In this document: positions 57,080-64,000 of the stretch, piece after piece
Layout: every line of letters begins with the position of its first letter
How positions within the stretch are numbered: position 1 is the stretch's first letter
Origin: the human T2T-CHM13v2.0 reference genome, Homo sapiens
Strand: one strand, 5' to 3'
Assembly: GCF_009914755.1 (NCBI RefSeq)
Contig: NC_060927.1
DNA length: 64,000 bases
Notes under the pieces: model-generated
Told to the model about the DNA's origin: nothing
Database searches by the model: none
Seen by the model: only the letters and a program-made list of their open reading frames with translations
Made by a program: the position numbers and the translations under genes

Positions 57080-57620
57080 AACCACAATGCTCATTGGCCT
57101 CTTGCCTTTAAGCTCACCCTTAAAGATGAGTTTAAATCTTCAGATGATTCACTCTGAATCATCCCCTAAGCCTCTGTTCTCTAAACTCAAATCTGACCAC
57201 AATGTCTCCGTTGCAGATATATCAAAATCTCCCCCTGTCCTGACATATAAGGCTCTTCATGGTCTGTGACCTCTTTAGCTCCACACCCTGCACACTGAAA
57301 GTCTGATCAGCATGATTTTTCTGTCTGTAGGAAGCCTCTGTTCACACGCCCTAATCTACTCATTGTCTGTTAAACTCCTAATTGTGCTACAAAACTCAGC
57401 ACCAACCTCACCTCCACTGTGAGGCCATCCCCTCTTCCCTGACTACAGTAGTTGCTTCTCAGTGCTCCATAGCATCCCCAACATGATGTTAGGATAGCAC
57501 CTATCGTGGTGCCCCCTCCACTAATCTGGAGGCTTCATTTAAGCAGGCCTTCTGTCTTGTTTACCCTAGAATTCTTGGTGCCCAACACAGAAATATAAAT
57601 GACGAATGAATGAATGAGAT
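57080..57620 (+). mobile_element. LINE2 3' fragment
   Basis: Ends aaatgacgaatgaatgaatga. Confidence 0.6.
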
Positions 57621-60600
57621 CCATGACCCACAAGGCACCAACAGATAGAATAAGAGGGCACAGCTGTTCTTCTTGGTGTCAACTTGCAAAAGATCAGGGT
57701 CCAAGATGTTACTAGCTAACTCAGGGCTAAAAGTGCTAAGGGGCTGGGTGGCTGCATGACTGCTTGCCATGCACAGCCAGATCCCAAGCTGTCACTCATG
57801 AATTCACCCTCCTGGGCCAGATCTCATCTGTACCCACAGGAAAGCATCTTTGTTTTCTTATTTGAGGTGCCCTTTCCATTCTACTTTCCTTTAGGCACAA
57901 TGGCCAGAACTGTACATTCCAAGTACTCATGCGTCCAATGCTTACAGATAGGTTAGAGTTAATATTCAGCTTTGTCACTTACACCCTTCTTGATGAAGGC
58001 TCTCCTCACCCCATTTTTTACTTCCTTGCATCAGCAAAGCACCGGATTCGTGTCACCAAGCTACATTGAACACAAGCCACTGGCTAGACTTCTTTCCTGG
58101 CTCATAAATTATCACTGGAATAATTTGACTGATGGATGAATCAGTCAGGACAGTTGATTGGAAAAAAAAAATTTCTTTAAAAAAGAATATATTTGTAGGA
58201 CACTGGTGGTTTGTAGAATCATCAGGAGGCTAAAGGATGAGGCTCAGAAAAGGGCAGGACCAAGCCTGGAGGCACACCCAGCCTCTTCCCCAGGAACAGC
58301 TTGGCCAGGATGCTGCCAACACCCCTGCTGCCCTGTGGATGGATTCTCACCAGCTCTTTATCTTTACTTCATTGGTTACAATGGGAGCACGCAATGGCCT
58401 AGTGTAGGTCATGTGCCCTACCAGGGCTGCAAAGGGACAGGCAAAAGAGGTCTGGTCCATTGGGTTTCTATTACACACAATGGGGGTACTCTCTCCCTTC
58501 AAGACCATTGGTGGAATAACCCCCAAATGGTCAGGAAGGTCAGATGCTTGATGAACAAGACTAAGGTCCACTACGGAGCCCACCTTGTCTTTAATTCACT
58601 GTTGATTCCTTTCTTTATCATCTCATGCTTATCCCCAAAGAATCTCACCTGTCTCTTTTTTCAATATCGCAGATTTCTTGGGTTTGTCCTGCCCACCCCA
58701 CTCACCATTTTATTACTACAGGAAATCAATGTCATCTAGTGTTTCCATCACTTTATGTGATCTGATGGCATTTTGTTACTTTCCATCCTGTGGGATAGTT
58801 AGTTATGCTCATGGCTTATCCTGCCAGCACCCTGAGCACCTCACAGGTAGAACTGTATCATGCTTCCTGGCCCCCTTCCCCCAGCACCTCATGCAGAATC
58901 TGGCAAGCAGAGCTCAACAGCTGAATTCATGCAGCTTCATGACTTTGCTGTAATCGTGCCCTAGGTGCCTTACAAAACTGTTAGATAAGCTGGATCCATT
59001 ATCAATCCTCAATCCATTCTGAGATGTGATCATTCATCGATAACCTTTATTTCCATCTTCTCTACCAAATGCAGCCTATGTTGACTGGTTTTTAAAAACC
59101 AGATTCTATGATGAAATTTTATCAAGAAAGAGCCTTTTGAAAATTTAAGTCAATAGTTCTCCACTCTGCCTAAACATAAGAATCACCCAGAGATTCTGAT
59201 TTAATTAGTGTAGAGTGAGACACAGACGTGGTTGAGTTTAAGAAAGCCCTCCAGGTGATTCTAATGTGCAGCCGATGTGGAGAACCCCTGGGCACAACAC
59301 ATTGTAGCCACTGCATTCTCCCCTCAAAAAATTCTTTGGGAGAGTCAGGCATGGCATCTCCTTGCAGAAATTTCACTGCTTCTTACCTAAAAGGTTATGT
59401 ATATTTGAATTTTTACAACTCTTTTTCATTTAAAGCCTATTTACTCACAGCAGGAATGAGTGGGAATGCCCCAGCCTGGCATCCTCCTAGTGTTGGACTG
59501 ACCTCAGGAACTGGGTTGAGCCTCTGGCACCATGAGTACACGATATGGTGGCTTCCATCTTTGGCCAGCCTTCCCACAGACACACCCTGGGATTCCTCCA
59601 GAGCCCTAGGAGCTGGGGTCAGACAGGGCCAAGTATAGCAACCTATGTCCAGTTTGTCAATTGTGTAGAATGATCTGTTCACTTACCACTTTAAAAAAAT
59701 ATAAAACTATTATTCAGTCTATTTTCTGAGTAATATATGAAATGTTGGTCTCCACATCTAGATAAATTATAAAAACTTCATTCCATCTCTCTCCTGCCTA
59801 AATCCTATCTCTTTCTGTCATTTGTCATCCATCCATCCATCCATCCATTCAGGAAGCATTTCCTGACGACAGATTATGTTCCTGGCATGGTGCTAGGCAG
59901 AGCAAGGCTTATAGACACGTAGCTCTGCTCCCAGCCCTCACAGAACTTAATTGTTTTCTCTATTCATATCAGACTGAAAATTTGCTAAATGTGCCAGTGG
60001 AGGTGGAAGTGAGAATTTATTTGAGCAGAGGTGTGTCAACAGCTCTTTTTAAATAAACAGTGATTCTTTTCTGGCATACACCTGTTTGAGCCATCCCCCC
60101 ACCCCCAGAGCTCTTTCCAAAATATTACATGGGGTGTGAGCTACCCTGATTTCTTTCTTCAGTAACTACTGATGAAAATAATTACTTCCATCTCTCTGCT
60201 CTTAGTATTTTCTCCCAGCTCCCACTTGAGCTTCGGTCATTGAGGGACTCCGCTCATTCATTGGCTGCTCTCCTCTCTCAAAGGACTGGATTTAAAGTCA
60301 TTTGCAAGGGGCTCATTCTGTCTCATCTAATTGCGGTGACCCCTGACATAACTGGGGAGTGCACCCTAAAAACCTTTACAATCCCAAGTGTGTTAATAAG
60401 GCCGAGTCTCAACAACGCTTTTTTTCCTCCCACATCTCATTTCTAGAGTCATGAGTTTCCTAACATCTCCACGCTCCATGAATTGATCAACATCTCAACT
60501 TTCAGTCAAGTTTTACCTCTCACTTGAGAGCCATTTTCCATAATGAGACCTAGTCTGCTTCCCTTCCTGAGAGGCAGGACTGTGTCCACGATGGAGGGCA

Positions 60601-60795
60601 GAGGACACTCAGGCTGGCCCACTCCCAGGTGCTGAGTGGCCCACTAGGCTCACTCCCCAGTTACCAGCGCTGTCCCATCCCCATCTTCCCTGTACAGCTT
60701 GTGTCATGAGCTTCCAAGGTCCCTCTTGAATATGTGAAACCATGACTATTAAATCCAGGAATCAGAGTTTGCTCTGTGGGATTACCCAGTTTTAG

Positions 60796-61088
<293 letters not shown>

Positions 61089-61509
61089 GATTCCCTAGTC
61101 TTAACAATAATACTTTTGGGATATTTTTCCTTCTTAGATTGCTCTTATTTTGCTAGTTAGCAAGCCCCAGGGCTCCTAAGGTATTTGGCCTTTTTTATTT
61201 GTAATAAACATCTGTTTCCTGGACTGTATACGAGTTTATTCTGAAACATTTAATCTATTTAATTTCACCCCAACTAACACTGTTTATACAATTCCTTTTC
61301 TAACTAAATAATACTGAGATTGACTGTTCTGGCTTTTCTATTAAATATGGTGGATTTGTGGGGAGAAAATGTGTTCCTAAAATAAATGTCTTGATCTGTA
61401 AGGGTATGCCCATAAGGAGTGTGGAAGGGAGTTAAAATTTAGTTAGCATCTGCTATGTGCCAGGTAAAATGTATTATAATTAGCACCTACTACGTGCTTT
61501 CATGGGTTA

Positions 61510-61913
<404 letters not shown>

Positions 61914-63687
61914 AAAAGTAAAAAGACGCTTCTTAGAGAAACTGTGAGTTGAGAAGCCAAATAATTAGAAATAGATCAGAGAAGCTGCAGGAAACCCAGA
62001 AAGAAACAGATTAACTGACCAGCTGCAGATCAGTAGAAAGGAATCCAGGGCAGCCTGCAGCCATTGAAGATAATTGTTCTGGCAGAAAGCCCCCGAGAGA
62101 GAGGAGTGCATTTGGGAGCTGCGTGTGAACGAGCGCCAAGGAGAGTATGTCAGAGACCCACCCTGTCTCAGTGTCCAGAGGTGATGCGCGGGGCACACAT
62201 ACAGAAGAGGCCTTTTTTCAGGCCCAGGAAAGCTCAGAGATGTGCCGGCTCAGAACTGAAGCCACAAGTAAGACAGGAAGCTGAGGTGAACAGGTTATCA
62301 GGGTGGCCGGTTGTGTCAAGTGACCAAAGTAAAGAAACTCCGCCCTTGCACCTCCCAACCAGTGTAGGTTGCACCCTCCCATTCTCCAGGTACTGCCAGT
62401 AAAAACATCTGTGGCCCAATCTACTGCCTGAGCACGGTACCTGCTACTGCAGCGGAGTCAGTCCCAAGGAGCGACACCAGTGAGCAGGAAAGCAGAAAAG
62501 GTGTGGGAGGAAACTCCTGTGTGGTCCCCTTTAGGGGGTGGGTAGTGGGAACCAGAAGACCCAGGTGCTGCTATTTTGAAGTCATCAGGGTCGGTTCCAT
62601 CACTGCTTACTGACTTGCTGCACCTGCCCATTTCTACTGAGAACCAAGAGCAGTAGCTTTGTTCCTTTATAGGCTTTACAATGGTCTCTTCCAGGGAATG
62701 GTCTCTTGTCCTCTCCGAAAACTAAATCTCCACATTTCATCCCAGTGTGTGCATAATTACATTCCCAAGTGTCATTGCTGGGCCTGATGAAGCAGGTGCC
62801 CCCAGCTGGCTAAGTGCTTGCCTACCTGCTCATTGTCGGGACAGGTGGCATTCCACAGGAGGCTCCCCCGGTTTGTGTGCCTATCATTAGGTGTGGGATT
62901 TCCACCCACAAAGGCTCTCATGTGCTGTCTCTGGGCTGTTTTTACCCTACTGCTGTTTGTGGCCTTCCTTAGATACAAAGCTGCCTGCCCTCCCATATAC
63001 CTACTCTGATCATTCCCTTGAAAAACAGGGGAAGGAGAGGAGGGAGGAGAGCTGCGGCCCAGGGGATAATCAGATCAGAGTCCCTAAAGGGTGGAAGGAC
63101 CTCTGTGAAGGAAAGCATGAGAAAGGAACTTTAGAAGCAGGCAGAGCTGGTCAGCCACTGGCAAGCTGCAGATGAGCAGGAAGCATTTCCCTCGGTCAAA
63201 CCAGCCTCACCCAGTCTGCTCCCTGAGGCCTTCAATTCCTGTAATGCAGCCAAGCTTTTCATTCCACAACTAGAGAACAGGCCCTTGGGAGTGAAACTTC
63301 AGACGGAAGCATGCATGTAGATACAAATGAGGGCTATAGATTCCTGCCCTGAGAGCAAACCTTGCCACCTGGGGGTCTGTGACCTTGGGTACTGGAAAGT
63401 GGGTATCAGTTCTCTCACTAACTGAACTGTACTGCCTTCCAAAAAATCTGCTTTTATACTAAGGGCAAGACCCTTGAAAACAAATAATCACCTTTGCATG
63501 GGTGCCTACAAGCCTTAAAAAGAAACCTGTGCTAATGTGAAAACCAAGCTCAAACATATCTCTCAAAAGAAAATTCAGAGTTTCCTGCCCCAGGTTGCCC
63601 CAGGCACTGGCCCTCCATTAAGACCAGCAGGGCTGCTTTGCAAAGCCTCACACCAAGAGAAAATGGTAGTCTATCCTAAAATATAGG

Positions 63688-63975
63688 GGCTCATGCCTGT
63701 AATCCCAGCACTTTGGAAGGCTGAGGTGGGAGAATCACTCAAAGCCAGGAGTTTGAGACCAGCCTAAGCAACATGGCGAAACCCCGTCTCTACAAAAAAT
63801 TGAAAAAAAAAAAAAAAAAAATAGCTGGGTGTGGTGGTGCATGTCTGTAGTCCTGGCTACTTGGGAGGCTGAGGTGGGAGAATCACCTGAGCCCTGGAAG
63901 TTGAGGCTGTAATGAGCCATGTTCACGTCACTGTACTCTAGCCTGGGTGACAGAGTGAGACCCTGTCTTTAAAAA
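63688..63975 (+). mobile_element. AluJ
   Basis: Alu slightly truncated at the 5' end. Confidence 0.9.
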
Positions 63976-64000
63976 GTTAAAATTAAAATATTAAAATTTA

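Noticed and set aside
58158-58739. 193-aa plus-strand ORF
   Set aside because: Non-ATG start, no family similarity and no splice context.

Overview
Human genomic DNA: very Alu/L1/L2/MIR/LTR-rich, and it carries a human-specific AluYb8. The right-hand ~38 kb holds the 3' half of SLC12A8 (cation-chloride cotransporter family member CCC9) on the minus strand. Its six coding exons are 56559-56705, 53851-54496, 38475-38572, 37813-37930, 31969-32029 and 27549-27711. All have GT-AG boundaries and compatible phases, and they splice into one ORF ending ...REQLMPHY*. The 3' UTR runs to an ATTAAA at 26316-26321. The left ~26 kb is intergenic. From known 3q21.2 gene order (not visible in the window), its CpG-richer left edge is probably just upstream of the HEG1 promoter. 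Apart from the exon-overlapping ORFs, the ORF track is repeat-derived or spurious. I found no convincing new multi-gene system. The most unusual signals are structural: an AT-rich palindrome split by a templated ~113-bp insertion (43157-43420); an AluYb8 head-to-head 24 bp from an older Alu; a near-perfect 43-bp-arm hairpin inside an MLT1 LTR; a tailless 5S retrocopy; a ~60-bp direct repeat bracketing an in-frame exon; and inverted Alus around the SLC12A8 poly(A) site. Repeat subfamily names were assigned by eye and repeat boundaries are approximate.
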